Source: Armatimonadota bacterium (GTDB lineage: Bacteria > Armatimonadota > UBA5829 > DTLH01). Taken from it: a DNA stretch of 64,000 nucleotides. The notes beneath the pieces were generated by a model, which was not told where the DNA came from, did not search any database, and saw only the letters and a list, made by a program, of their open reading frames with translations. This document shows positions 28,100 through 38,495 of the stretch, piece after piece. The stretch is taken from positions 64,001 to 128,000 of the forward strand of contig JBBRAE010000004.1 in assembly GCA_038207085.1 (NCBI GenBank), written 5' to 3'. The position numbers and the translations under genes were made by a program. Each line of letters begins with the position of its first letter. The stretch's first letter is position 1.

Positions 28100-31000
28100 G
28101 TGTACATCAAGCGCGTAGAAATCCAGGGTTTTAAGACATTTGCCGACCGCACTCAGGTCGATCTCACGTCGGGGATTACCGCCGTTGTCGGTCCAAACGG
28201 CAGCGGCAAGAGTAACATCGCCGACGCGATTTCGTGGGTGCTCGGCGAACAGAACGTACGCAACTTAAGAGGCGTGCGAGCTCAGGACGTCATCTTCGCC
28301 GGCAGCGAAAAACGCAAGCCGCTTGGTATGGCCGAAGTCTCACTCACGCTTGATAACTCCTGCGGAACTCTCCCCGTCAACTTTAACGAAGTCACCGTCA
28401 CCCGCCGGGTGTACCGTTCGGGGGACGGCGAATACTTCATCAACAAGGCCCCCTGCAGATTAAAAGACATCTTCGAGCTGTTCCTTGATACTGGAATGGG
28501 CCGCGAGGCTTACTCGATGGTCAGCCAGGGCGAGATCGACGCGATCCTTTCAGCCAAAAGCGAGGACCGCCGCTCACTTTTCGAGGAAGCCGCGGGGATC
28601 AAGAAATACCGCCACCGCCGAAAAGAGGCCGCGCGCAAGCTTGAGAACACCGAAAGCAACCTCCGGCGCGTAAACGACATCGTCACCGAGCTTGACGTGC
28701 AGGTGGAGCCACTTCGCGAGCAGGCCGAGGTCGCAGCGCGCTACAACGATCTCACGACCAGGCTTCGGGAGATCGAGACCGGGCTTCTTATAAACGATCT
28801 TAGGCGTTGGTCGGGCGAGCTTGATCGCACCGGCAAGCTCAAGATCGAAAGCGCGGGCCGCCTTACCCTGCAGGACAAGCGAATCTCCGACCTTGAGTGG
28901 GAGAAAGACAAACTCGTCACGCAGCTCTCGGAGCTTGACCGCAGGGTAGAGACCGCGCGCACGCGCTACCAGGAGGCGCTGGCGGCCTCTCATCGCATCA
29001 AAAGCGGCCTCGCGCTCGCAGAGGAACGCAGGCGCTCTGCTGAGGACGCCAAGGTGCGGCTGGAGTCTTCGATCGAGCAGACCAACCGGCGCATCCAGGA
29101 GTCGAGCGAGCGAATCGAGCGGCTTGAGATGGAAGAGGCGGGGTGCGCCGAGCGCGAGACCTCGCTTGCCACGGAAGTCTTCGAGCAGACCAGGCAGCTT
29201 GAGCAGGTAACGGCTGATCTTGAGTCGGCATCAAGGATCGTTGAGGACCGCAAGTCGGCCTACGTCGAGCTTGCCCGGGAGCAGGCGTCCAAGCGAACGG
29301 AGCTCGATAACCTCACCGCAAGACAGGTGCAGCTTGAGACGGCGCTCGCCAAATACACCGCAGAGCTTGAATCGTTTGAAAAGACCCGCGAGGAGACGGC
29401 GGCAAAGCACGCCGAGGTAACCGCGAGGCTTGAGGAGCTTCGGGCAGAGGCGAAATCGCGCGGTGAGGAGCTTCCGCCTCTAAAAGCTCGCCGGGAAAGC
29501 GCGCAATCGAGAGCGCAGGCAGCGAGCCAGAAGCTCGACCAGATGAACCGCACCGCTGTCGGCAAGGGGTCGCGTCTTGCGGCTCTTACGGAGATGGCCG
29601 AGGCGCATGAAGGGTTCTTTGAGGGCGTCCGCTCCGTGATGCTTGCAAGGAAAGCCGGCAAGATTCAGGGGCACTTCGCAGTCGTCGCAGACGTTGTGTC
29701 GGTCCCTGAGGGGCTTGAAACGGCGATCGAGGTCGCGCTGGGAGCCGCAGTGCAGGACGTTATCTGCGAGACTACCGACGACGCCAAAGATGCTATTCGG
29801 TTCCTCAAGGAAAACAGGCTTGGACGGGCGACGTTTTTGCCGCTAAACGGCGTGCGCTCGGGGCATTCGAACGTTTCGGGGAACCTGAAGCGGCCCGGGT
29901 TTATGGGGTTTGCGAGTGACCTTGTCGATTATGACCAGAAGTATTATCCGGCTATAAACGTGCTCCTTGGCCGGGTGATGGTGGTCGACAATATCGACAA
30001 CGCCGTGCGCATTTCTCGCGAGACCTCGGGGTGGGGGAGGATCGTCACCCTTGAAGGCGAAGTGGTCGTCCCAACGGGGGCGATGACCGGCGGAACCCGC
30101 CAGAGCAAAGGGCCGGGGCTCCTTGCGCGAAAGCAGGAGATCGACACACTCACCCGCGAGCTTGCCCAGCTTGAGTCCGTGCGAGCAAAGACCGAGCGCG
30201 AGCTTGATAGCGCGCGCGAGGAGTTTGTGTCGGTTGCGGCGAGGGTCGACGAGCTTGAGAAGGCGGAGTCGGCGGGCCGGTTTGCGCTGGTCGAGGCCGA
30301 GCGGCAGTTTGAGTTCCTGGGCCGGGAGAGTATCCGGATCAAGCAGCAGATAGAGGTCGTCGGCATCGAAAAGCGCGACGTTCTGGAGTCGCTTGCAGCC
30401 GACTGCAAGGGGATCGGCGAGCTTAAAGGCCAGCTCTCCGCGGCGGGCAAGGAGAACACCGACCTCGACGAATACGTCGCAAACGCACAAAAGCGCATTG
30501 AGGAGCTTTCGGCGCGGCGCGAGGCTATCGGCGAGAGCTATATGGAGGCCTCCGTCATGCTCGCCTCGGTCAGGGAGCGGCACACCGGGCTTACGCAGTC
30601 GATCAAGCAGACCAAGACCGCGCTTGCGGAGATGATCGCAGAGCTCGCGAACAGGCAGGCCGATGTCGACAAACAGCTTTCTGAGGCCGAAGCAAATGCC
30701 CGCGAGCGCGAAACGCTTTCCACCAACATCACTGAGACCGAAGCCACGCTTGAGTCGGCCAAGGGGAACCTCGACGAACTTGTAGCCAAGCACACCGAGC
30801 TTGCCGGGATCGTTGCGACGGGTGACGCTGAGCTAAAGACGCTTCACCGGGGCCGGGCCGAGACCGCCGAAACGCTTCGTGACTGCGACGTGCGCGGCGC
30901 GCGGCTTGAGGTGCAGATAACACAGATTTCCGAGCGGCTCTTTGAAGAGTATGAGATCACCGCCGAAGAGGCGCTTGCCCGCGAGGAAGCGGTCGAGATC

Positions 31001-31696
31001 GAGCGCGGCACCGCGACCGAGGTCGGTAGGCTCAGAAAAGAGATCAAGGCGATGGGGCTCGTGAACATCGGCGCGGTTGGTGAGTATGAGCGGGTTAGAG
31101 AGCGCTGGGAGTTCCTCACAAGCCAGCGCGACGACTTGGTCGAAGCGCGCACAAAGCTGAACAACGCAATCAAAGAGATTGACGACAGCACCCGCGAGCT
31201 TTTCCTCGATACTTTCCACAAGATTGCGGAGCACTTCGACATCATGTTCAAGCGGCTCTTTGGCGGCGGCAAGACGGAGCTTGTCCTGACTGACCCCGCG
31301 AATCTGCTTGAGACCGGCGTCGAAGTCATTGTCCAGCCGCTGGGGAAGAAACTTCAGAACCTGCAACTGCTCTCAGGCGGAGAGCGGGCGCTTACGGCGT
31401 CGGCGCTGCTTTTCGCGCTTCTTATGGTGAGGCCCAGCCCGTTTGTTATGTTCGACGAGGTAGACGCGCCGCTTGACGACTCCAACGTCGAGCGCTTCGC
31501 GGACGTGCTGCGTGAGTTCACGGAGCACTCTCAGTTCATCATCGTCACCCACAACCGCGCCACAATGGAGAAAGCCGACAACCTCTACGGCGTCGCCATG
31601 CAGGAGCCGGGTGTCTCGCGCCTGCTGTCGGTGCGCCTCGCCGATGAAACAGAGCGCCACGAGCTCGGCGAAGAGATCATCATGGTCCCGGCCTGA
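28100..31696 (+). CDS. smc: Chromosome segregation protein SMC
   Basis: GPNGSGKSN, hinge GRATFLPL, coiled coils, [13 protein letters not shown]. Confidence 0.98.
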   Translation: MYIKRVEIQGFKTFADRTQVDLTSGITAVVGPNGSGKSNIADAISWVLGEQNVRNLRGVRAQDVIFAGSEKRKPLGMAEVSLTLDNSCGTLPVNFNEVTVTRRVYRSGDGEYFINKAPCRLKDIFELFLDTGMGREAYSMVSQGEIDAILSAKSEDRRSLFEEAAGIKKYRHRRKEAARKLENTESNLRRVNDIVTELDVQVEPLREQAEVAARYNDLTTRLREIETGLLINDLRRWSGELDRTGKLKIESAGRLTLQDKRISDLEWEKDKLVTQLSELDRRVETARTRYQEALAASHRIKSGLALAEERRRSAEDAKVRLESSIEQTNRRIQESSERIERLEMEEAGCAERETSLATEVFEQTRQLEQVTADLESASRIVEDRKSAYVELAREQASKRTELDNLTARQVQLETALAKYTAELESFEKTREETAAKHAEVTARLEELRAEAKSRGEELPPLKARRESAQSRAQAASQKLDQMNRTAVGKGSRLAALTEMAEAHEGFFEGVRSVMLARKAGKIQGHFAVVADVVSVPEGLETAIEVALGAAVQDVICETTDDAKDAIRFLKENRLGRATFLPLNGVRSGHSNVSGNLKRPGFMGFASDLVDYDQKYYPAINVLLGRVMVVDNIDNAVRISRETSGWGRIVTLEGEVVVPTGAMTGGTRQSKGPGLLARKQEIDTLTRELAQLESVRAKTERELDSAREEFVSVAARVDELEKAESAGRFALVEAERQFEFLGRESIRIKQQIEVVGIEKRDVLESLAADCKGIGELKGQLSAAGKENTDLDEYVANAQKRIEELSARREAIGESYMEASVMLASVRERHTGLTQSIKQTKTALAEMIAELANRQADVDKQLSEAEANARERETLSTNITETEATLESAKGNLDELVAKHTELAGIVATGDAELKTLHRGRAETAETLRDCDVRGARLEVQITQISERLFEEYEITAEEALAREEAVEIERGTATEVGRLRKEIKAMGLVNIGAVGEYERVRERWEFLTSQRDDLVEARTKLNNAIKEIDDSTRELFLDTFHKIAEHFDIMFKRLFGGGKTELVLTDPANLLETGVEVIVQPLGKKLQNLQLLSGGERALTASALLFALLMVRPSPFVMFDEVDAPLDDSNVERFADVLREFTEHSQFIIVTHNRATMEKADNLYGVAMQEPGVSRLLSVRLADETERHELGEEIIMVPA

Positions 31697-31906
31697 TAAC
31701 GTACCGCCCGGCGGCCTCCCGATAGCTAACGTAGTGGCCGGGCTCTGTCCCGGCCTTATGCTCTGCTGTAAGCAACCGCACATCCTCTGAGCGCAAACCC
31801 CTTACATGCCCCGCGAAAACGACAATGCAAAGTTCATATCCGGCCAAGATCACTGTAAACCCCACCGAGTATCCTGTATATGACACACTCACAGGGAGGT
31901 TGTTCA

Positions 31907-32737
31907 ATGAGAAACAGGGGAAAATGTGCAGGATTCACACTGATCGAGCTATTAGTCGTGATCGCGATCATCGCGATTCTCGCTGGGATGCTATTCCCGG
32001 TGTTCGTCTCTGCTAAGAGCGCAGCCAACAAAACCAAGTGCCTCAGTAACATGAAGCAGTTGGGGGTAGCGTTTGCCCAGTACAAGAACGATTGGGGTTG
32101 TTTCTTTCCTCGCGGAGGAAACAGAGACGTGACGGGCTCGGACATGAGCGGCGAATGGCAAAACGTAATCTTTCGCTACATGAAGACCGAGCAAGTATAT
32201 CGCTGCCCTAGCTGCCTATGTCGGCAGCCCGATTGGAACTCCGCGGACCCAACGAGTCCGGGCCCGAACAGGGATCTGCCGCGCACGGCGATCACGTATC
32301 TCTACAATGTTCAGCTCGGTGCGGACAATGTTCATACTTCGCAGCAGCTTCTCACACCCAGGTCCCATCACGAAAGCGAGGTCATTCGCCCGAGCAAGTG
32401 CGTCCTCCTGATGGAAGGCAACGCTTACGGCCGACAGCCTGGCTACAAGTACACCGGCATCGACGCGCGTGGCAGAAAGAAGAGCCAGTGGCTCTGGGAC
32501 CAAACATTCGGTGACAGCGCTTCGTCGATCACCGGCGGCGATCGGGCCAAGAAGAGCTATGGGCTGCCGTATCACGCCGATGGCGGCAATATTTCATACG
32601 TCGATGGCCACAGTGGCTACAAGAGGTACAACAGCAGCGGCACTCTACAGGCCGTCCTGCCTTACGCTGTGCACGTCCGTCTTGACGCAGGCCTTACGGC
32701 AAGCGGCATGGGCATGCAAGACACCTGGCAAAAATAG
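31907..32737 (+). CDS. Prepilin-type N-terminal cleavage/methylation protein (DUF1559-like, H-X9-DG)
   Basis: G|FTLIELLVVIAIIAILAGMLFPVF, CLSNMKQLG, HADGGNISYVDGH. Confidence 0.92.
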   Translation: MRNRGKCAGFTLIELLVVIAIIAILAGMLFPVFVSAKSAANKTKCLSNMKQLGVAFAQYKNDWGCFFPRGGNRDVTGSDMSGEWQNVIFRYMKTEQVYRCPSCLCRQPDWNSADPTSPGPNRDLPRTAITYLYNVQLGADNVHTSQQLLTPRSHHESEVIRPSKCVLLMEGNAYGRQPGYKYTGIDARGRKKSQWLWDQTFGDSASSITGGDRAKKSYGLPYHADGGNISYVDGHSGYKRYNSSGTLQAVLPYAVHVRLDAGLTASGMGMQDTWQK

Positions 32738-32779
32738 CCCAGGTACAGTCCAACCACCTAGACGAAAGGAGAACCAAGA

Positions 32780-34546
32780 ATGCAAGCTAGAAACACCATC
32801 AAGCTCGTGAGCATCGCCGCACTGGGCGCGCTCACGATGGCGTCGAGCACGATGCTTCACGCCGACACTACCGCTCAGTTTGTTACCTGCGTCGGCGGCG
32901 CAAGCGGTATGACTCTTCAGCTCAACCCCTACAAGGGAATCGTCAGAGGCTGCGCCTCTAAGATGATCGACGAGGTCCTTATGGACTGGGCGCACACCAA
33001 CAACACCGCCAATGTCAAGAAGGCCTACACCAAGGCTAGAATGCGGTCCAGCATCGCCTCCCAGTGGTCTGAGCCGACGACGGGCTGGGCCTCAAATGAG
33101 GTCAAGTTCACCGGAGACAAGTCCGACTGTGAGATCGTCTACATCCAGGACGTTAACGATCCGGCCAAGGTCTACTATGCGATGATCATCCGCGCCGACT
33201 CCGTGCTCGGCATCCGTTTTGTGGTCAACCGACAGGACATCTATGCCTTCGACAAGGCAGATGCCACTGCTTCGAGCGTGTTCGTCGACGCTGGCAAGGT
33301 CGATGTTGCAAACGACCCGATCTTCGCACTGGTCCTTGCCGACATGAACTATGACTCCGGCACGAAGACGATCGCCAACGTCAAGCCGATCGAAGGTGGA
33401 CTCTCCGAGTGTTACATGGACTCCGGCTGGAGAGCGATCGATGAGTGGAACAAGAGCTCGTTCAAGATCAACCTGGCGCAGCCGCAGCTCTACGCGCCCA
33501 ACTTCCAGGCTACCCAGGACAACCTGCTGTCCGTCGCAGTTATGGGGATCATCTACAACAAGCACGTCAGCCCGAGCCAGCCGCTCAACGTAACCACTCA
33601 GATGGAGAGGCTTATCACCGGCGGCTTCGTAGACAACTGGGACGCCTTCTTCGCCCTTGACGGAGTTCACTCTCCGATGACCAACTACTTCCGCGAGCCG
33701 CTTTCAGGCACCTGCGTCACCTACAAGTCGCTCATTATGCGCGGTGTGAAGCAGAGCGCGAACGGCGCGACCCTTTCCTATGGTCCATTCACCGAGAACG
33801 AAGCCCAGAGCGGCACGTTCGCGGCCGACTCCGCCCACACCTTCGCCGCCTACACCGACGGCGTCAACTACCACAAAAGCGGCATTCCCGGACTCACCTG
33901 CGTCGCCAAGCCCACGCAGACATTTCCGGACTCCAAGCCCGGCGGCGGTGTCGTGAATGACGCGGTCAACTGGAACATGGGTGGCCACGGCTACACCTTC
34001 CTTCAGAAGTTCACCCCACTCTCGAACCCCAGGCAACTCGAGAACATCCGAGTCGCCAAGGTCAACGGCTACGAGCCCTTCGACTTCTCCGAAGGTAACA
34101 GCCTTCCGGGTATCAACGGCGTCCAGGATGTTGACGACAACCTGAACGTGACCTACTACAAGAACGTGGTCGAAGGCAAGTACCCGCTGTGGACATACAA
34201 CCACTGCTTCGCTCTGCCCGGCGACAATCCCGTCGGCGCCACCGGCTCGAAGGTCGTGAGCATCGGTCTTGCCGACTTCCTCGCGAAGTTCCGGACTCCT
34301 TCGGGTCTCACCGCCGTCCGCGCGGTTGGGCTGATCCCGCTTCCTGATATGAACGGCGAGCTTGCCTCACGCGATCCCGGCGTCGTCGGCTCCCCGAATG
34401 AGAATCGCGGTCCCGGTTGGGCACGCTGCGGATTCCACTCTCCGATCACCGGTGAGACTGTCCGCGATGGTATGATGATGATCCAGCAGGACCCCGACGG
34501 TCCCGAGGGTATGCCCGGAGAACCTTACGTCGAGATGCGCCCATAG
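32780..34546 (+). CDS. Secreted protein, probable PstS-like substrate-binding fold with insertions
   Basis: AAGGAG RBS; signal peptide; REPLSGT, KVNGYEP and GKYPLWTYNH resemble PstS-family motifs. Confidence 0.6.
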   Translation: MQARNTIKLVSIAALGALTMASSTMLHADTTAQFVTCVGGASGMTLQLNPYKGIVRGCASKMIDEVLMDWAHTNNTANVKKAYTKARMRSSIASQWSEPTTGWASNEVKFTGDKSDCEIVYIQDVNDPAKVYYAMIIRADSVLGIRFVVNRQDIYAFDKADATASSVFVDAGKVDVANDPIFALVLADMNYDSGTKTIANVKPIEGGLSECYMDSGWRAIDEWNKSSFKINLAQPQLYAPNFQATQDNLLSVAVMGIIYNKHVSPSQPLNVTTQMERLITGGFVDNWDAFFALDGVHSPMTNYFREPLSGTCVTYKSLIMRGVKQSANGATLSYGPFTENEAQSGTFAADSAHTFAAYTDGVNYHKSGIPGLTCVAKPTQTFPDSKPGGGVVNDAVNWNMGGHGYTFLQKFTPLSNPRQLENIRVAKVNGYEPFDFSEGNSLPGINGVQDVDDNLNVTYYKNVVEGKYPLWTYNHCFALPGDNPVGATGSKVVSIGLADFLAKFRTPSGLTAVRAVGLIPLPDMNGELASRDPGVVGSPNENRGPGWARCGFHSPITGETVRDGMMMIQQDPDGPEGMPGEPYVEMRP

Positions 34547-34567
34547 CCCCTGAGGAGGTAGACCGAA

Positions 34568-36007
34568 ATGAGACGCTTCAATAAATCAAAAGCGGCTGCC
34601 TTTCTGGGGGTGGCGAGCCTGACCGTAGCGATGTGTTCGGCGGACACCTTCGTCGACACCATCGGCAACGGCTCCAAGTTGGGCCTGGGCAAGGAGCTTG
34701 CCCGCTCACTCTCCATCGGTTACAGTGAGTATCCCTGGAGTGGTGACTTTACCGGGGTGCGCCCGACCAACGGCTCCCAGCCCGCCAATCCGCTGGCCTA
34801 TACCTATACGGACCATCAGTCGAGCGTTTGGGGTGTGACCCACAGGGGCACAACCGGCGTCAAGTCGGCCCAGATTCTCGTCGGCAATCAGCCGACCGAG
34901 TCCGCCGGGCGCTACGCCGGATGGATCGTTCAGCCGATCAAGCCTGCTGCAAGCGGCTTCGTCACCGGACTCGACTTCGTCGCCGAGTACCGCACCCCGG
35001 CCTTTCATGTGCCGGAGTTCTTCGGCGGGCCGGTGAGGTCTGCAAAGGCCTACATTGGCCTGATCGACGCTCCCACGACCGGAACGGCGCTCCCGAGTAA
35101 CCTCTGGAGTTCATCTGCGCCGGTCGAGGTAGACCTGGCAAACTGCAACGTGGGCAAGATGGTCCACGCGAATGTCAACAAACCGGTTACGGCCGGTTCG
35201 ACATACTGGGTAGTCATCGCCCCGGAGAGTCATTTCCCCGGCGATTGCTCCACCGACGTTCTGGACTACGCGAATATCGCCTGGGCATATCGCAAGACCG
35301 CGAGTGACATCGACAAGGCGCTCACTCCGCTCTACTCCGGCGCAAATGGGGTAGGGGACTTTGTTCCGGTGCCGAACACGGTGCTTGGAATCAGGGTGAC
35401 CGGGCTTGCACAGCAGCCTCAGTCGATGACCGTAGCCGACGCCCGCAATGCTGAAGACGGAACCCCCGTCAGCCTCGCAGGCGTAGCCATCACCGCGAAG
35501 ACGGGCGCCATCGGCCCCGACTTCTTCTATGTCGAGCAGCCCGACCGCGCCGCCGGTCTCAGGGTTGTCGGAACGACCGGCCTCCCCGTTGGTGAGCGCG
35601 TGACCGTGATCGGCACGATGACCACCGTAGGCCTGGAGCGTGCGGTTATTACCCTGGTCGATGTCTCCTCGACCGGAGAAAACTCCGCGCTTCCGGCGGT
35701 CGGTATGTCCTCCCAGACCATCGGCGGACGCACTTCCGGCAAGCTCATCGGCCCCGACGGCGGAACCGGCGTCAACAACGTCGGCCTCCTGGTTCGGGCG
35801 TGGGGTAAGGTTACCCCCGGAACCGGCAACGAGTTCACCATCGCTGACGGTGCAGGAAGCGGTGTTCTCTGCCGCGCGGCGTCAGGAATCACGGTTCCGA
35901 CTACGGGATACGTCTCGGTAGGCGGAATCGCCACAGTAGAACAGGCAGGATCGGTTAAGAGGTCCGTCGTGTTGATCAGAGATCAGCAGGACATCAAGGC
36001 TTACTAA
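34568..36007 (+). CDS. Secreted protein with a C-terminal OB-fold-like module
   Basis: GAGGAGG RBS; signal peptide; FYVEQPDRAAGLRV..G.RVTV.GT, NNVGLLVRAWGKVT. Confidence 0.75.
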   Translation: MRRFNKSKAAAFLGVASLTVAMCSADTFVDTIGNGSKLGLGKELARSLSIGYSEYPWSGDFTGVRPTNGSQPANPLAYTYTDHQSSVWGVTHRGTTGVKSAQILVGNQPTESAGRYAGWIVQPIKPAASGFVTGLDFVAEYRTPAFHVPEFFGGPVRSAKAYIGLIDAPTTGTALPSNLWSSSAPVEVDLANCNVGKMVHANVNKPVTAGSTYWVVIAPESHFPGDCSTDVLDYANIAWAYRKTASDIDKALTPLYSGANGVGDFVPVPNTVLGIRVTGLAQQPQSMTVADARNAEDGTPVSLAGVAITAKTGAIGPDFFYVEQPDRAAGLRVVGTTGLPVGERVTVIGTMTTVGLERAVITLVDVSSTGENSALPAVGMSSQTIGGRTSGKLIGPDGGTGVNNVGLLVRAWGKVTPGTGNEFTIADGAGSGVLCRAASGITVPTTGYVSVGGIATVEQAGSVKRSVVLIRDQQDIKAY

Positions 36008-36026
36008 TCCGATCACCTGAACGATA

Positions 36027-36102
36027 GACCCGGAGGCCGGACGAGCGTAGTGGCCGGTGAAAAACTCAGCATAGACTGAGTGATTCCACCGGCCTCCGGG
36101 TC
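36027..36102. terminator. Long hairpin after the operon (contains a GTAG REP-like unit)
   Basis: GACCCGGAGGCCGG / CCGGCCTCCGGGTC 14-bp stem. Confidence 0.5.
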
Positions 36103-36332
36103 ACTTGAACGCACATTCGCACTTATATATTGATTTGGAAGGGCCCTCCCCACATCCAACCGACTGCACTCCCGACCCACGCGACCCCTCCCCGGGCCCT
36201 TCCATCCCCCCCAACAATATTCCCCCTCTCCTCGTGGGAGAGTGTCAGGGTGAGGGTGCGATTAATTGCCTCAAAATGGGAAAGAACATTCTATAAGCGC
36301 CGCCATATTCGCGCTCAAAGGAAGTGTTCAAA

Positions 36333-36557
36333 ATGCCCCTGTTCTACGATGAAGCACTGATCCAGCTCGTCCGTCAAAGACTCATGCAGGACCGCCGCAC
36401 CGCCGGTGTGACGGTAGACATCTGCTGCACCGATGGCTGCATCTGCCTGATGGGCCGCGTCGACAGGCTTGAGCAAGCCGAGACAGCAGAAGTTCTCGTT
36501 CAGGGTATGCTGGGCGTGCGTTCGGTGCTGAACAACATTGTTGTTCGTAGGAAGTAA
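36333..36557 (+). CDS. BON domain protein
   Basis: DEAL...V..RL..D.R....VDI...DG.I.L.G.V.....A......GV..V.N.I. Confidence 0.8.
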   Translation: MPLFYDEALIQLVRQRLMQDRRTAGVTVDICCTDGCICLMGRVDRLEQAETAEVLVQGMLGVRSVLNNIVVRRK

Positions 36558-36568
36558 CAGAGTGGGCG

Positions 36569-36630
36569 TATGCTTCGGCTCGTTCTTTGGAGCCGAAGCC
36601 CTCTGATCGGCGATAGTGGCCGCTGTCATT
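36569..36630. repeat. Left 62-bp direct repeat of a 3.8-kb islet
   Basis: 59/62 identical to 40369-40430; contains the GCTTCGGCTC/GAGCCGAAGC hairpin. Confidence 0.9.
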
Positions 36631-36631
36631 C

Positions 36632-36986
36632 ATGTATGCTCCGATGGAACGCCGCCCTGCACAGACTGATCGTCTTCCACTAGCAGTGGGTAACGCCGGT
36701 TGCTCATCTTTTCTTGTCGCTTCACTGCCTCCAGCCGCCGAGGACTGCTGCGGGAACTTGACGGGCTGTATCCCATCACCGGGCGAGACCCGGCGTTCCC
36801 GCAGCATACGCATACAAAGAGATGATCTATCACGTGAAGTTCGAGACACGCTATGATGCAAGGAGGGAAATCTTCGACTTTATAGAAGTCTTCTATAACA
36901 GGCGGCGGCTACACTTATATCTGGGCTACTTAAGCCCGGTCGAGTTCGAGGCCGCAGCCACTAAGGCGGCCTGACAAAGTGTCCGT
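36632..36986 (+). mobile_element. IS3-family transposase remnant, copy 1
   Basis: Translates to KEMIYHVKFETRYDARREIFDFIEVFYNRRRLHLYLGYLSPVEFE; no full ORF. Confidence 0.8.
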
Positions 36987-37026
36987 ACGGCAGGCTTGAC
37001 TGGAACCAGAGGAAACAGCAAATAAT

Positions 37027-38055
37027 ATGACAACACGAGAAAGACTCGAGATAGCTCTTGACGGCGGGACACCAGATGTCACGCCTTATTCCATCTACCC
37101 GTTCTTCATCGACAGCATCGAAGACGATCGCTGGCGGAGGCTTCTTGATATGGGGCTTGGACTGTGTGAGACTGTCTGCAGCTGGGACGAGTTGGTCGAA
37201 GGGGTGGACTACTGTAACTTCGCGGAGACCCGCGGGGGCAAGTGTGTCCAAGTGACTCGGATCAGCAACCCTGCAGGCACTGTAGAGAGCTTGAAGACGG
37301 ACGGCTGGACCACCGAGCACTTCATCAAGGAGCCAAAGGACTACAAGGTTTTTCAGTGGATGGCCGAACACACTGAAATCAGGCCCCGGCTTGAGCGCTT
37401 CGCCGAGCAGGAGGAAAAGAGCGGCAAATGGGGTCCTGTGATGCACTTTCTTGGTCGCACTCCCCCGATGATCATCAACGTCGATCTAGCTGGGACTGAG
37501 AAGTTCTGCCTGGACTATGCACTCGAGGTGCCTGAGATGTTTGAGCTGATCGAAGCGATGAACAAGCGATTCTTCGAGAAGATGGAGATCACCGCCATTT
37601 GCCCGGGAAGACACGTGAAACTTCTTGAGAACCTGACGGCCGATATGCTCGGGCCTGAGTGGTATGCCCGTGAGCTTATGCCGATCTACGAACGCATTAA
37701 CTCAATCCTTGAGCCTGTTGGCAAGAAGTTGATGGTCCATTACGACGGCAGGCTCACCTGCATCAAGGAGCAGATCGCCGGGGCGCCGCTCCACTGCATC
37801 GAATCGCTTACCGAGGCCCCTGAAGGAGACATGACCTACGACCAGTGCCGCCAGGCCTGGCCCGAGAAGGTCTTCTGGGCGAACATCAACGTTGGCTGCT
37901 ACTATCGCACTGAAGAGGAACTTACAGCCGAAGTCATCGCAAAGCGTGAACGTGCGGGAAAGCAGGCGCTTGCATTTGAGATATCAGAGGATCTGCAGAC
38001 AAACTGGGAAACGACCATACCTATCGTTTTGAAGACGCTTGAGGAGCTTAGATAA
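37027..38055 (+). CDS. UroD-like family protein (divergent)
   Basis: MTTRERL..AL.G..PD.TP, ENLTADMLGP, VHYDG, IESLTEAPEGD. Confidence 0.8.
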   Translation: MTTRERLEIALDGGTPDVTPYSIYPFFIDSIEDDRWRRLLDMGLGLCETVCSWDELVEGVDYCNFAETRGGKCVQVTRISNPAGTVESLKTDGWTTEHFIKEPKDYKVFQWMAEHTEIRPRLERFAEQEEKSGKWGPVMHFLGRTPPMIINVDLAGTEKFCLDYALEVPEMFELIEAMNKRFFEKMEITAICPGRHVKLLENLTADMLGPEWYARELMPIYERINSILEPVGKKLMVHYDGRLTCIKEQIAGAPLHCIESLTEAPEGDMTYDQCRQAWPEKVFWANINVGCYYRTEEELTAEVIAKRERAGKQALAFEISEDLQTNWETTIPIVLKTLEELR

Positions 38056-38082
38056 AGATGGGTAAACGGATTGAGGCGGCGG

Positions 38083-38439
38083 ATGTATGCTCCGGTGGAA
38101 CGCCGCCCTGCACAGACTGATCGTCTTCCACTAGCCCGCTTTATTCGTGAAGCGAATAAAGCTCTCGCTAGCCTGCATTATTCACGCTACTCGTGAATAA
38201 TGCAGGCTAGCGAGATTACCCGCAGCAGTGGGCAAGTTCCCTCAGCATACAAAGAGATGATCTATCACGTCAAGTTCGAGACACGCTATGATGCAAGGAG
38301 GGAAATCTTCGACTTTATAGAAGTCTTCGATAACAGGCGGCGGCTGCACTTATATCTGGGCTACTTAAGCCCGGTCGAGTTCGAGGCCGCAGCCACTAAG
38401 GCGGTCTGACAAAGTGTCCGTTTTTGGGGCATCAGTCCA
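38083..38439 (+). mobile_element. IS3-family transposase remnant, copy 2, with a probable right end
   Basis: Shared blocks nearly identical to 36632-36986; ends GTGTCCGTTTTTGGGGCATCAGTCCA. Confidence 0.8.
38131..38210. repeat. Family C copy inserted at CTAG within the IS remnant
   Basis: Absent from the sister remnant, which has a single CTAG at 36680-36683. Confidence 0.9.
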
Positions 38440-38495
38440 ACACAGGTGGGCGTACGAGAAAGACGACTTGGGCCAGATTCTCTTTGGAGGTATAG

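Noticed and set aside
38200..38409. 69-aa ORF as a functional transposase
   Set aside because: Only the C-terminal end of an IS3 integrase core; its ATG comes from an inserted repeat
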